Positions 25,701-38,888 of a DNA stretch of 64,000 nucleotides are shown in pieces. How positions within the stretch are numbered: the first letter of the stretch is position 1; every line of letters begins with the position of its first letter. Under the pieces are notes generated by a model. That model was not told the origin of the DNA. It was given only the letters and a program-made list of their open reading frames with translations, and ran no database searches. Location of the stretch: contig CBFDEM010000031.1 of the NCBI GenBank assembly GCA_965603825.1, positions 1 through 64,000 on the forward strand, written 5' to 3'. A program made the position numbers and the translations under genes. The stretch comes from Blepharisma stoltei ATCC 30299. Taxonomy: Eukaryota; Protista; Ciliophora.

Positions 25701-26469
25701 TTCCCCTATCAAGCCGATTTTCGTTGCTGATTTGGCTATATGAATCTTCCCCAGCACTTAGGCTTGATCCGCTATTGATATCTCCAAGGGGAATTTCTTG
25801 GACTTGGTTATAATTGACATTAATAGGATTATCCGTTCCTCTATAAAGCACAGGCGACCTTTCTAATTTTTGTTGGCTGCTTTGCTTTTTTTCAGTCTGC
25901 GACTGAGCAATTTTATATAATTTTGCAATTCTTATTAATCTAACTGTTTTTAAAGCCCTGATAATTCTGGCTGCTCGAGTCCCTGTACGAGATGCTTGGC
26001 TTGCGGTTTGAACTTTTGATGCTTGGGTGCCTTCTCCTGTAGTAATTTTATTATCCCCAGTTATTTGGTCTCATATTCAGCCAATATCCATTATAAGTGA
26101 AGCCGTTAAGACAATATCAAGCCAAAAGAAAAAACTGAGAAAATACCTATCAATTATAATTGATGAGATAATTATATCAAAGGTAAAAAAGACCATACAA
26201 ATTGTCACAAAGCTGAAAAAAATATCGTCAGTGCTTTTAGATGTTGCAATTAAGCGTATGTCATCACAGAAAAGAACGAAAAGTGTAAGAAGGATCATAC
26301 AAAATGCATACCCTCAGTGAGTTAGAATTTGCTTACAAAATGCTCTAAGCTTTTGAAAGCGAGTTTGGCTGCGTGGGCCGTAGGCTGCCGAAATGATCTC
26401 TCGTAGGGGTATTTCTGAACTGAATCTTCGAATATCAGCACTTGGTCCATTTGATTCATTTGTTTCCAT
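22756..26469 (-). CDS. Voltage-sensor/ion-channel adenylyl cyclase paralog with degenerate catalytic site and repeat insert (1237 aa)
   Basis: Continuous frame with TGA=Trp joins the ORFs at 26077, 24370, 23980 and 22783. S4 RTGTRAARIIRALKTVRLIRIAK and class III cyclase GFGLHYGWAIEGVIGSEYKIDASYLSP are present. Confidence 0.9.
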
Positions 26470-26861
26470 GTATTATTTTTATAAAAAAGCTAAGTTTTTT
26501 GTATGCTTCTAGAGCAGAAAATTCGAAAAACAAGAAATAAATTGAAGCAATAGAAAATTTGAAGGAAAAAAGAATAATAAAGATAATAATTTTAAAACTA
26601 GATAATAAGTTTTCTGATGGAACGGCAAAATTAACTGTAATTTTAATGAGTTTTAATTGGCAATTTAGTGTAAAGGTGCATATTTATAGGAAATTATAAA
26701 GTTGATTATTGAAGAAAAAGTTTATTAAACTTCAGCGAATATAAGACTATGGAAAAGACAAAGTGTAGTTTAATATCAAAACTATTTTCCAAACAAATTC
26801 ACTAAAATTCAATCCAAAATAAGCTAAATATCGCAATAAATCATATAAAATTCTTAAATAA

Positions 26862-29528
26862 TTATTTATCATGCAGCTCTCGGTACCCGGGCCAAAAATC
26901 AGGCGCTCTCCCTCCTTCCTGCTCCATAAATTCCAAAAGTGCTCTGCATGGCCCATCAGGAGTTTTCTTGATAAATTGAGCTTTATTAAACCCTTCAATA
27001 GCTTTATCCCAATCCCCATCGAGATAATTTTTCAGCGCTTTTCCAAAGGTTTTTGCAAATTTATGACTGACACTAGATCTCATCATCAAAAGATCTTCGT
27101 CATCATTAAATAACTGATACGCATGGTATCCATCGTTTATAAGCCTTTTCCTGAAGGCTTGCTTTCTTAGTCTGGCCATTATTCTTGACTTTTTCATTCC
27201 TTCAGCAGTTTCAGTGTCATTTTCTGGGCGAGGCTTTAGGTGATTTATGTCAATGTCACAAGTGTAAAGCTCGATTGGCTCTTTGCTACCTTTTACAGTG
27301 ACTCTGTCGATTTTTCGAAGCTTAGATCTTGTGACTTGGCTACAAAGTCTCCATAAAGCGTCTGAAATTAAAATAGGGACACCAAACTGTTTAGTAGCAG
27401 CCTCTAACCTTGATGCTAAATTCACATTAGGTGACAAATAAGACGCGTCTATTTTAAACTCGCTTCCAATAGCTCCCTCAATTGCCCATCCTAAATGAAG
27501 CCCAAACCCCATTTTCACCGAATACCCTGGAAGCCTCTCATTTAGCATCTGATGTTCTCTGTATTTCAAAACCTTAGGATTCCTATGTATTTCAGCTATA
27601 ATTTTTAAGAAACTTATAACTGCCATATCCGCAAGTTCTCTGACAAACGGGTTTTTCCTTGCCAAGGTGTCTTTTTCGGCCTCTTTTAGCATATTTTCAT
27701 CATTAATTTTTCATACTAATAAAAATGCGTCACCTATATTTTTATTAGCACAGCCTGCAAAATAGTCGACATAGCCATGAACTATATGGGCAATGTCGTT
27801 GACAAAAGCCATCACATTTTCTTCTAATACTTCGGTTGTATCAGTGAAATTTCTTATGTCACAAAACCCAAAAATGCAGTAGGTTTTTTTACCTGCGATC
27901 ATTGGGTCTACTTCTCCGCCACCTTTCTGCATATTTGATGCTATAATTTCAGAACCAGCCTCTCCAAAGCCTAATGCTAGTAGCATAGTGACTTTATTTA
28001 TAGTTTCTTTCAGAAACTCAGCCTCCATAGAACTTTTGATTTTCTTCTTCTGTCCCACAATGTCATCGTGGGCCATTTCTTCCATCAAAAATTCATCACT
28101 TTCAGCGATTTGTGCCGCTTTGAGAGGATTTTTCGATATATTTTTAACCGTCTGCATCATATTTTCAAGAGGCTCAAGTACTAAATCCTGAGCATCTTTT
28201 GATAGAAAAATAGCAGATACACTTAAAATAAGGCAAATAAAAACAGTTTTTACAATATTTAGCTCAGCTTCTAGCTTGCTAGAGCTACGTAAATCAAACA
28301 CAGAATAGCTTGAGTAGTTATAGTCAGAAGGAACCCCTGAAAGAGTCACAGTGAGCTGCTCAGTTGACCTTAAATCATCGACACTCACGCTTGAGCTTCA
28401 GTTTCTTAAATTATTCACCTCTAAAAATATCAGAGGTGTATAAAGATCTTCATGCTCAGAGACGTAGTCTTCAAAAGCTAAGTCAAAACCTGATGTTCCT
28501 ATCAGGTCATTTATAACCTCAAGTCCATACTCATAAGAAGCATTACTCTCATTATAAAAGGTCGTGGAAAAAAACGGTAGCATTATCATAACGCTCAAGA
28601 CCAATATAATGATCCTCTTTGTAGTCAATTCAGACAGCTTTTTGCCTATTTTTGACTCTTCAGGAATTTTTAAGTCTGCAATGTCCGCTTCTTCTCGATC
28701 TGACACAATTTCTTCCCTGCTTTCTTCTCCATTGCTAGGAGTCCCATTAAGATCTTGAGGAGACATCGAGCTAAAAGACTGAGACGCTGAGGCATTATTG
28801 CTAGAGTCACTGCTGTCGATTTCTACAGGCGCTTGTGCAGAAACTACAAACTGCTTTATATCAGCGACTTGGTTTCCTCTAAATATCACTCTTGCTCGCT
28901 TTAATTTTCCTTTATCTTCTTTATCCTTATTTATCATATTCGATTTCGCAGCTTTATAGAGCTTGGCAACTCTTATAAGCCGGATAACACGAATTACCCT
29001 AATAATTCTTGCTGCTCGTGTCCCAGCTCTAGAAGCTCTTCCTGCTCTTGCGACCTTTGCACCTTTAGAAATCGAGCTGGTGCCTACCATTTTGTTCCAA
29101 ATCCAGCCTATATCGGTGACTAGTGATAAAGTTGATACCACGTCAAGCCAAAAGAAAAAGCTTAGCCAATATCCTTCCTTAAAAATTGACGAAAGAATTA
29201 TTTCGACAGAGAAGAAAAATAGGCAAGCGGTTGTAAAACCATAAAAGACGTCGTCAGCTGGCTTAGAAGTCAATGCTAAACGCAAATCGTCGCCAAATAA
29301 CGCGTAGATCGTTAAAAGCGTCATGAAAGTTGTATAGGATCAATGGTTAAGGCAATCAGTCATTCTTGATGCAAAGGACACATCTTGGGATTTGGAAAGC
29401 AGAGGCTTGTTGGCGGCTGCGAGCAGGTCCCGAATAGGGTTGAAGAGCTCAGAACTGTGACGGATTTCTGCAATCGTGGTCCTTCGAGAGTTGATGCCAC
29501 CACGATTTGGGCTTTTTGCTTCTTCCAT
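26862..29528 (-). CDS. Voltage-sensor/ion-channel adenylyl cyclase, alveolate type (888 aa)
   Basis: Joined through 3 TGA codons. TM helices and S4 RAARIIRVIRVIRLIRVAK. Catalytic motifs GFCDIRNF, NKNIGDAF, KIDASY and NVNLASRLE are intact, with a C-terminal TPR-like tail. Confidence 0.93.
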
Positions 29529-30175
29529 TATAAGGATTATTAGAAATTTAATAAGTTCAATGGATTTGGGTGCATATGAGATCATTAATAGTTGACACTT
29601 ATGGACGGTTGAAAAGCATAATTTTAGCAGATTAAAAAATAGGGAAAATTAACCAAATTTTTAAGGATAAAATTTACGAGATTTGAATTAATAGATAAAA
29701 GGATAATAAAGATATATCAACTAATAAAAATTTTTGTGTAGAAATTGATTAAAATATGAGGGAAATTAATAGATGAAAGCTTAGCTGAGTTAATAATGCA
29801 TAAGAGTCAAATACTAAAATAACTAAGAAAACTTATTTATATTGATGATCCTTAAAAAAGACTCTCTCTTAATTACGATAGAAATCATATTGATTAAATA
29901 AATCTATAGGCTTCTTTTTAAGATTTTTAAGAAAAATCTCTTTGGATGGTAAGTTCATTTGAGAGTGATTTTGCCATCTTAAATGCAAGGCAAGCATTTC
30001 AGAGATTTTACCTATATAAAGTCATTATTTTTAGCCAATAAATGATTATAGTTACACCCTCTGAGTGACATTTAAAGATATAATAAAGTAAGCTCAAAAA
30101 ACATATGCATAATTTCATTAATTTCTTTTAAAATCTCAATTAAAAATAGTGATATTTATTGCCTCTATTAAAGAA

Positions 30176-31639
30176 TTAATAAATTTTGCAGCCTTGAGGA
30201 TATTTAAATGCAAATTGCTTAACTGCCTTACTCAGCCCAACATATCCACTATGCATTAATCCAAAACTTCTGCCTGCGATTACACTCAATGATTCTTGGA
30301 AAACCTCAATTTCAAATTTATCACTGATATAATAAGTGTCCCCATAAAAATTTGTATCGCCTCAGGCAGAACCCCATGGATTTATTTGTGCTCATCTGGG
30401 GTTCACAATTCCATATAAAGATATCGTTATTTTCGTCGTTGCGGAGAATGAATAAGAGCCTGAATTCGAGGGGATGCGGAAAATTACATAATTATTGTAA
30501 TAGCTGCAGGATTGTGAGGTAATTCAAGTAGTCAGAGAACCTCCATCTTCCTGATAAGCAGCACTGCAAGGGATTGCTGTATTATTTGAATTAAAATCAT
30601 ATTGCTGAGGAAAAAGAATATAAAATGAATAATCATTAGTCAAAGTGAGAGAAAAATCAAGGTAAAACTCAAAAAAATAGTCAGAAGTATCCCATAGATA
30701 ATTATCAGAAAGGCTTACGGTTTTAATATCAATCGCATTTGCGGGGAGTGAGTTTGTTGTGCTCATATCCGCATCGTTTCAATAAATTTTCAATTGGTTA
30801 GCTGAGTTAAAAATATAAAGACTAAAATGTATATTGCTTAAATCAGGTGTCAATACATTTTTTATCGATAAATAGAATAAAGTTCCTGCGTTTATTGTAT
30901 TAGTTACACCTGTTACGTTTAAATATCAATGTCCAGCTGTGCATTGAATGCTTCCTAATGTATCTGAACTACAGTCTACGTGATAAAAGTTTTGATCATT
31001 TCTATCCGTAATATCTAACTCTGCTGGCTCTGCAATTCATGGGTTAAAAACTCTATCAAATTTAATTAAAATATTGTCGCCTGGGTTCACATCAGCACTA
31101 GTAGCAAATATAAATCGAAAATTAGTCATATCCCCTATTGTTGGGTTATCTGCACTGATTCCCAAAACAGTGAAGGTATCAGCTACGCTTGCTCCAATCG
31201 TGACGATATTTGTATTGCTGGCATCTTCTGTTATAGTAACCCCATTCCACGACGACGTCACTGAAAATCCTAATGCAGTGTCTCCAGGAGTTTGAGATGT
31301 GAAATCAAATATATTGTCAAAATAAAAAGTCATAGTAGTATATGCAGGGATGCTCGACGAGGTATAGAGTTGAATTATTCCGCTACTTATTTCGCAATTA
31401 ACATAATCTATATTGCTTCAACAGTTATCTTGTATATTACCATTAGCTAAGATATAACTTGCAAAATCTGCCGCAATTACTATCATGCTGCCTGCTGGTA
31501 GTGCCTTAGTTAGACCGAATTTCATATAAAGGTCAACTTTTGATATACCTACATTGTTTGGGATAAATTCATAAAGAATAACACTTTCAATGATATTAAA
31601 CAGTGAGAAAAGAAGCACTGGGAGTAGAGAAGGCATCAT
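30176..31639 (-). CDS. Secreted beta-rich protein, array copy 1 (487 aa)
   Basis: Signal peptide and an intact frame with TGA=Trp. Paralogous to the three neighbours (VSxSDNxL...YxFEF, FPQQYxF, NPxW, KFEI). Confidence 0.85.
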
Positions 31640-31682
31640 TTTTTGACCTTATAATTTATAGATGAATTAACTTTTAAAAATA

Positions 31683-33131
31683 TTAAGAAATATAATAACT
31701 CCCTTTGCTGACAAATTGGAAAATTTTGTTTGGCTTGCTAAGCCCTGTGTACACATTATGATGCATTTCTCAACTTTTGGCAATTGATTTCGCTATGCTT
31801 GGGTCGAAAATTTCTATATCAAATTTTCCTGAAACATAATCATCGTCTTCTATATTGGGATTTTCCCAGCTTGCAAATCCAGTGTTTTTGCAAGCATATT
31901 TGGGATTTATGATACTATCAATCGCTACTTTTAGTCTCATATTACTTGTAAATTGCCTTGTATTTTCTGGAGGCACCCAAATCGCAATGTATTTATTATC
32001 ATAATTGCAATCGCTTAAAAAAACCCAAAAAATTTCTTTGTCAGGGGTTTGGGAGGACTCATCAAAATATGTGAGATTACAGGTAAAAGGTGGATTTATG
32101 GCGAAATTATATTGCTGAGGGAATAGCACAAGAATATAATAATTTCCAAGGTTCATGCTACCTACGTAAAATTCAAATTCATATTTCGCTGCATTTAATA
32201 AATGGTTATCTGAAACTCGCAGGCTTTTAAAATCAATATAGCCAGAAGGAAAATCATTATTTATTGTAAAGCCTACAGCATCTGTATAACTTTGAACGTC
32301 ATCATTAGTGTCTAATATAAAATACTTCACTAAAAAATACCCAAACACAGGAGTCCATAAATTCTCTAACGTGAAATCAATAATATTACCTGCTAGAACA
32401 GTTTTGCTTATTCCAGTAATAATCAAATACCAATGTTTTGCTATACAAGAAATATCGCCTAACGTATCCGAATGGCATCCTACATAATATAAACTTTTCT
32501 TATCACCAGCTATATTCAGATTTTTTGGCTCACAAATCCATGAGCTAACTTTTCTGCCAAAATTAACTACAATTTTATATCCTGGATTTATATCACTATC
32601 TGAGGTTAGCTTAAAAACATAATTAGAAATCGCTCCAGGGGTCATAATATCAAATACAATCTGCCAGTTATGGGTTGAATACGCATTTGCAGTCTTTATA
32701 GTGACCGTATTAGAGCTGCTAAAGTCTTGAGCTATATCTACACCTAGTCATGATGCTGTTACAGTAAAACCAGGATGAGTTCCTGCTGCTGTCAAAGATA
32801 GCGATATAGCGGCATCTAAATAAATTTCAATAATTTTATTTGGAGGAATTTCAACAGATGTTTGGAATTGGACTTGGCCATTATATTGGCATCAGAGATA
32901 GTCAAAGTTGCATCAGCATTTATCGGGTATTAAAGAGTAGGGGTATTGCCACATAGCAAAAGACTGATGGATTGTAATTACGGTCTTTGCTGGGAGTCGT
33001 ATAGGGTAAGCAAAATGGAGATAAATATCACCATTAGGAGCTCCTGAGACCGCTGGAAAAATTTCAGAGTAGATCATTGGATTAATCAGCTTAAGGAAGC
33101 TGAAAAAGACTGTGAGATTAATAAATTTCAT
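31683..33131 (-). CDS. Secreted beta-rich protein, array copy 2 (482 aa)
   Basis: Intact frame through TGAs at 32913 and 31770, stop TAA at 31683-85, same motifs as copy 1. Confidence 0.85.
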
Positions 33132-33803
33132 ATATTAATTAATCCATTTATCAATAAATAACTTAGGCAAGCAATCCTTAGCCGTTTCATATAGAAATTA
33201 GTGTGAATTACAGGCTTAAACGACGCGGAAAAATACAATTTCTTATGTCCTTAATAATGGTAAATTTTATACTTTTCATCTATGAGAATAAATACGAGAA
33301 TTCTAAAACAGCCAAATTCTGATTTTATTTTGTTAGCTCACACTGCCGCTACTTAACAATCTAGAGATTTCGTTAGAATTTTATGTCTATTTCAAATTTA
33401 CCTGAGTAAATTCTTATTATGCTTTTACCCTGCACCTTTATATTTTTTAAGCCTCTTATATAATAATTTAAATATATAATAGCGATTAATGAAAATATAT
33501 CGTAATCCATCAAATTATAAGAAAAATCAATATCCTGCTATTTACTAAGTCAAATTTTCAAGTAAATATCACTTTTTACTGAGATAATTAAAGAAAACTA
33601 TGACACCTTAAGCAGGCTTGGCTTATTTAGAGCTCTAAAATTTAATGGATTAAGACTCTACTTCAGCTGAATTTTCCATCTATTTTTTTCTTATAAAAAT
33701 ATTTATTTAATCATATTGAGAATTAAAAAAAAAGAAAACTCAATTGTTCATTTTTATTACTGATACATAGAATAGATTATAATAACTTACAAAAAGAGCA
33801 ATA

Positions 33804-34375
33804 TTAAGAAATGTGAAAACTCCCTTTGCTAGCTGAAAACTTTTGTTCCTTTTTTAAATCCGAGGTATACACTATGAAGTAGTCCTCAACTTTTGGCAAT
33901 TGATTTTGCTAAGCTTGGGTGAAAATTTTTTATTTCAAGCTTTCCTGAAATATATAATGGCAGGCTTTATCGAAATCATATTGTCTAAATCTTGAGCTAT
34001 TGTCACGCCTGATCATGATGTTGTTACTGTAAATCCAGGGTAGCTGCCTGAGACGTGATGCCTAAATGGAGAGCGATAAATAAATTTCAATAATTTTATT
34101 TTTTGGTATTTCTACAGATTTTGCAATTGAAGATTCCTATAAATTGGCATGTAGCATAATCAAATTTGCATTAACAATTGTCTTCTATTTGGTCATTTGA
34201 GCATTGAACAAATGACTGTTATATTATAATCACATATTTGCAGAAGTCTTATAAGGTAAGCAAAATAAATATCAGCACTAGCAGTGCCAGAGCTGTATGG
34301 TGAAATCTCAGAATAAATTATTTATTCAATAAGACATGAGAAACTGAAAAAGACGGTAAGATCAATAAATTTCAT
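33804..34375 (-). pseudogene. Internally deleted copy of array gene 2
   Basis: Starts MKFIDLTVFFSF like copy 2 and has an early TAA. The N-terminal part (AQDL) joins directly to the C-terminal SGKLEI...AKSIAKS at ~33960. Confidence 0.85.
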
Positions 34376-34499
34376 TCATTTCAAGATAATTTATGCCCAA
34401 AAATCGTTAATAAAATAGATGATTAAATTAATTTACTTTTCATTAAGCAGAGACTAACATGAAAATTTTAATTTTAATTAAAAAATAAAAATTTAGTAC

Positions 34500-35951
34500 C
34501 TATGGACAATACTTAAATTTGCCAATGAACTCGAAAGTTTGATTTGATTTTATAAAACTCACATAACCATTATGAACCAGCCCATAGGTTTTGGCTAAAA
34601 ATCCTATCCCTGAAGAGTTTAAGATGCCTATCTCGAACTTATCTGAATAATAGCTTGTCTTATCAGAATCTCAATATCCTGGAGAAGTTTTGAATCCTCA
34701 TTGAGGGTTTATAACTCCTTTTATTACAACTTTGATTCTGTGTCATCTAGAAAATGTTTTTCCAAGCCCTTCTGGTATCATAAATCTGATATAATTATTA
34801 TAATATAGGCATGAAGATTCAGCTAATGTAATTCAAGGAATTTCATATAAAGGGTCTTCTAGTTCATCAAAATATGAAGAAAAACATGTCAAGGTCGCGT
34901 TGTTTTTTGCTAAATTAAATTGCCAAGGGAAACTAAATAAAATTTCTCTTTTCTCTGGCACTGAAATTTCACCTACAAAAAATTGAAACTCATAGTCAGA
35001 AATTGACAATAAATGGTTATCAGAAACAATTATTGATTTCAATTCAATAATATTCTGTGAATAAACCAATTTTGCATTGACGCCTATATTACTGTGTGCT
35101 TGCAAATAGGTATTATTATCTAAAATATATGTCCAGAATCTAAAATTATATGTCCCAGGGAGATAAGGAACAATTACATTTTTTATGGTGATATTAAGCC
35201 ATGCCCCACTGTCAATAAAATTTTCTATGTTTTTGGCCATTAGTCACCAATGATTTGCAGTGCATGTAATATTTCCTAAATTTTTTGAGGAACAGCCTAT
35301 ATAGTGAGAATTTTGGGAATTTTTAGGAATAATGTCCAATTCTTTGGCTTCAGCTATTCATGGATTGAAAGCCCTGTCAAATTTTATTCACAATTGGTAG
35401 CCAGGATAAACTTTTATATTAGAAGCGAGCGCATATACAAAATCTGAAGATTCACCTGTATTATGAAATTTGGTTCCTATGGTAAGGCTTCTAAAAACTC
35501 CTAAGGAGTTTGGAAGGACTGTAAAAATATTAGTGCTACTATCATCATACGTAATTATGACGCCATTTCATGATGATATTATTGAAAATCCTGGATAATC
35601 GCCTGGAGATCAGGGTAAGTTTAAGCAATCATCTAAATAAATTTCTATTTTTGTCCCTGATATAATTTTAGCTGAAGTAGTTATTGCTATATTCCCATCA
35701 TTTGTTTTGATGCAGGATAAATAATTTATGTTTGACCAACAGTAGTCATTTATATGTCCCACATTATGATTTCACGAGGAAAAGCCAGGTTTTATAGAAA
35801 TAATACTGTTAGGAGGGATAGAGTTTGGAAATGCAAAAGATAGATAAAGGTCGACGTTTGATACACCTGCGCCATTTGGGAAAACTTCATAGTTGATTTT
35901 TCCTATACATTTGTGGGAAAATTCGAGCAAAAATAATAAAAGGATTGCCAT
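34500..35951 (-). CDS. Secreted beta-rich protein, array copy 4 (483 aa)
   Basis: ATG 35951 is in frame with ORF 34833-35240 and TAG 34500-02 when TGA=Trp. Signal peptide and shared motifs present. Confidence 0.82.
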
Positions 35952-36690
35952 ATATATATTATAAAAAAATAATCATAAATTATTTAGAAACTGGATATTT
36001 TGGGTAATATAGCCCCTGCTTTGGATCAGACGATAACCCTGCTTTGGTAAGAAAGAATAGGTATTTGGGTGACAACTTAGGTTGAAAGTGAAGCGGCCAG
36101 CAGAATTATATGACCAATTACTGAGAAACTGGGATTTCTGCCCGAGCTCAAGACAGGCATTAAATTTTAGAATGGGGAAATTAAAAACCTTGCTGACAAT
36201 TAATATAAATTAATCTAATTATTTTAATTAAAAATTGACTATCAATAGTAATTTTAAGCCGATCGCAATAAATTGGATGTGAATGCTATTAAGTCATTCG
36301 GCTTATTTCCTAATTATGCAGAAATAGGATTTGAATGTTTAAAATTTCATAGAAACTAATTTCAATTAATTTAATAAATTATATACTGCGCAAAAACGGT
36401 CGCAATAACGCAAATGACGCAAAAAGAGATTACGACAAGAAAATATTATTTAAGACAGACTTCTTAAATATCTGAATTTTTAATTAAATTAAAATTTACA
36501 AATAAAGAAAAGATCTCCAAATCTTTAATAGCTTTTAAGTTCTAATAGGGAAGGATTATTAGCAATATTGTAAAATTCCACAAAATTTCTACTTAAAATA
36601 TGCAATAGAATAAATAATGCATTTAATATTTTTATAAAATAAAACATGAAATTAATTCTTACTTAAAAATCTTATTGATTTTTATAGCAA

Positions 36691-37788
36691 TTAAGTCTGC
36701 TCATAAAGGATTTTATAAGTGTTTTTCCTCCTTGCATTATTTTTGGGTTTCACAACTATTTGTTGTGTTTTATCAGCCTCTTCCTTTCTTTTTTTGTCAT
36801 CTTCTATTATTTTTAAATTTTCAAGCTGCTGCTTTTGCCTTAACTCTATATTTTTTATAAGCTCTTTAGCTTCTTGCAGCGCTTTCTCATCCTTTTTCAT
36901 TAAATCATCATATTTTCTCATATCAATGCCTTCCTTTCCTGGCTTCACCTCTATCTCATCTTTCCTAGGCGTTTTCTTTTCCTCAGGATTTTCTTCACTT
37001 TTCTGAGTTTTTTTATCCCTAAAATCCATTTCTAGCGAGTCAGAGTTCAAGGTGTCTTTTTTCGCATATATTTTCCTCTCCACAGCTATTTCTGGGTCAT
37101 TTTTGTCAATAATATTTATGAATTTCTGGTTGGGGCTTCCAAAATTTCCATTGATGTCTCCATATCTTTCAAAGTCCACATCTTCTTCAGGGGTTTTATT
37201 GTACTGGTCTATATTATTATAATGCCTATTTACTAAACTGAATTTTTCAGCTGCAATGTGTTTAAAAGTTTCCCTTCTCATTTTGGCTAATTTTGCATTT
37301 TCTAATTCTTCATTTGTTGTTGAATTATATTTTATTGATGGTTTTGGCTTAATAATTCTTTTGCTTTCTTGTAGAATTGCTCTTTTGTCTTTCATTAAAG
37401 GCGACAATTGAGGCTGAGGTGAATAAGAAGCGCTATTTTTTAAAGTTTTGGAATGAATTGGTGGGAGTTCTAGCTTGTAAGCTGAATCGGAATGCTCTAA
37501 TAAAGGCAAAAGCTTTGAAGATTTAGATTTTACTATAGGAGAAGCCAAAGATGATTTGCTATAGGCTCTGCCTCTGTAATCTTGAGTTGGGTCTAGCTCT
37601 TGATTTGAATTTAAGATGACTTGCTTGTGAGTTGGGCTTGAGAGAAATTGCAGCTCTGAGCGAAGACGCTTGTTTTCTGCTTTTACCTGCTCCAGTTCTT
37701 CTATGGCTTTTAAATAAGCTATTTTTTTGAGGTTTTCGTTTTCTCTTTGTATGTCTATCATGTCTTGACGAAGTTTTTCAATACTCAT
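36691..37788 (-). CDS. Hypothetical coiled-coil protein (365 aa)
   Basis: Intact ORF with N- and C-terminal heptad-rich segments. Confidence 0.8.
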   Translation of the reverse strand: MSIEKLRQDMIDIQRENENLKKIAYLKAIEELEQVKAENKRLRSELQFLSSPTHKQVILNSNQELDPTQDYRGRAYSKSSLASPIVKSKSSKLLPLLEHSDSAYKLELPPIHSKTLKNSASYSPQPQLSPLMKDKRAILQESKRIIKPKPSIKYNSTTNEELENAKLAKMRRETFKHIAAEKFSLVNRHYNNIDQYNKTPEEDVDFERYGDINGNFGSPNQKFINIIDKNDPEIAVERKIYAKKDTLNSDSLEMDFRDKKTQKSEENPEEKKTPRKDEIEVKPGKEGIDMRKYDDLMKKDEKALQEAKELIKNIELRQKQQLENLKIIEDDKKRKEEADKTQQIVVKPKNNARRKNTYKILYEQT

Positions 37789-38124
37789 TATTTGTTTGTA
37801 GATTTTACTTTTAGGTTATTTTTTTCAAAAAACTTTAATATTAGAATTATAAAATCTTGAATTTAGAGATAAAAATTAAAATGAGTAATTATAAAAATTG
37901 TTTTTAATAATTTTAGAAATATAAATATTATGTGGTTATATAAGAAAAATATGGGAATATAAAAAGATAATAATAAATTATTATCATAGAATTCAGCCTC
38001 TCGCAATGAATTTGCATTTTTTAGGCGTATTTAAATCTATATTTAAATAATTTAATACTTAGCTAATAGAAAATATTTAAGCAATTATTGCTGGTATAAA
38101 GCTGTTCCATTTTTAGCCAATAAA

Positions 38125-38835
38125 ATGTCACCAATCATCCTTCTTATCTTAGGCTTAGCTAGCAGTTCCACCCAAGAATGTGATGACCCTACTCGCCATA
38201 TCACTGAAGACATCGTCATGTCCAGATCCAAGAAAAAAGGCTGCGAATATAATAATGCAGGGCCAGCTGACTACTATGTATTATCTCTCCAATGGAAACC
38301 TTCTTCTGACTGTGCCAAAACTGACTCCTGTGCTCCTGGCTACCTAACCCAAGATTTTAGTATCCATGGTCTATGGCCAAACCGTTTGGATGGCAATCAT
38401 CCTTTCTGCTGTCATCCAACTGATCACTTTGTGCCAAGCCAAGACCTCGAAAAGGAGCTTGTGAAGTATTGGCAGTCTTTTAAAGACGACCAACTTTCTT
38501 TTTGGGACCACGAATGGGCAAAGCATGGGACCTGCTCACTATTTAAGACTCCTGAAGACTATTTCAGAGGCGGACTCATGCTATTCAAACAAGTCGACCC
38601 AGAAGGGATTTTTAATAAATTTGATATTCAGCCTGGGGAAAGCCATAATGTAAAAGAATATATCGATGCCTTAGGAGATGACGCATATCCTGTGTGCAGG
38701 CGTGATAAGCAGACAGGAGAGACTATCCTTTCAGAAGTAAGATACTGCTTCGATTTCGCAGGAAAGCTAATAATTTGTCAGAAGAGAGAGGAGTATAGCT
38801 GCAGAAATGGCAAAGAAATCAAGTTTAGGGCTTAA
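38125..38835 (+). CDS. Ribonuclease T2 family, secreted
   Basis: Signal peptide, CAS I FSIHGLWP and CAS II FWDHEWAKHGTC. Confidence 0.96.
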   Translation: MSPIILLILGLASSSTQECDDPTRHITEDIVMSRSKKKGCEYNNAGPADYYVLSLQWKPSSDCAKTDSCAPGYLTQDFSIHGLWPNRLDGNHPFCCHPTDHFVPSQDLEKELVKYWQSFKDDQLSFWDHEWAKHGTCSLFKTPEDYFRGGLMLFKQVDPEGIFNKFDIQPGESHNVKEYIDALGDDAYPVCRRDKQTGETILSEVRYCFDFAGKLIICQKREEYSCRNGKEIKFRA

Positions 38836-38888
38836 TTATATAAGCGTTTAACTTAAATGAGAATAAATAAAAATCTAAAAATAACCAT

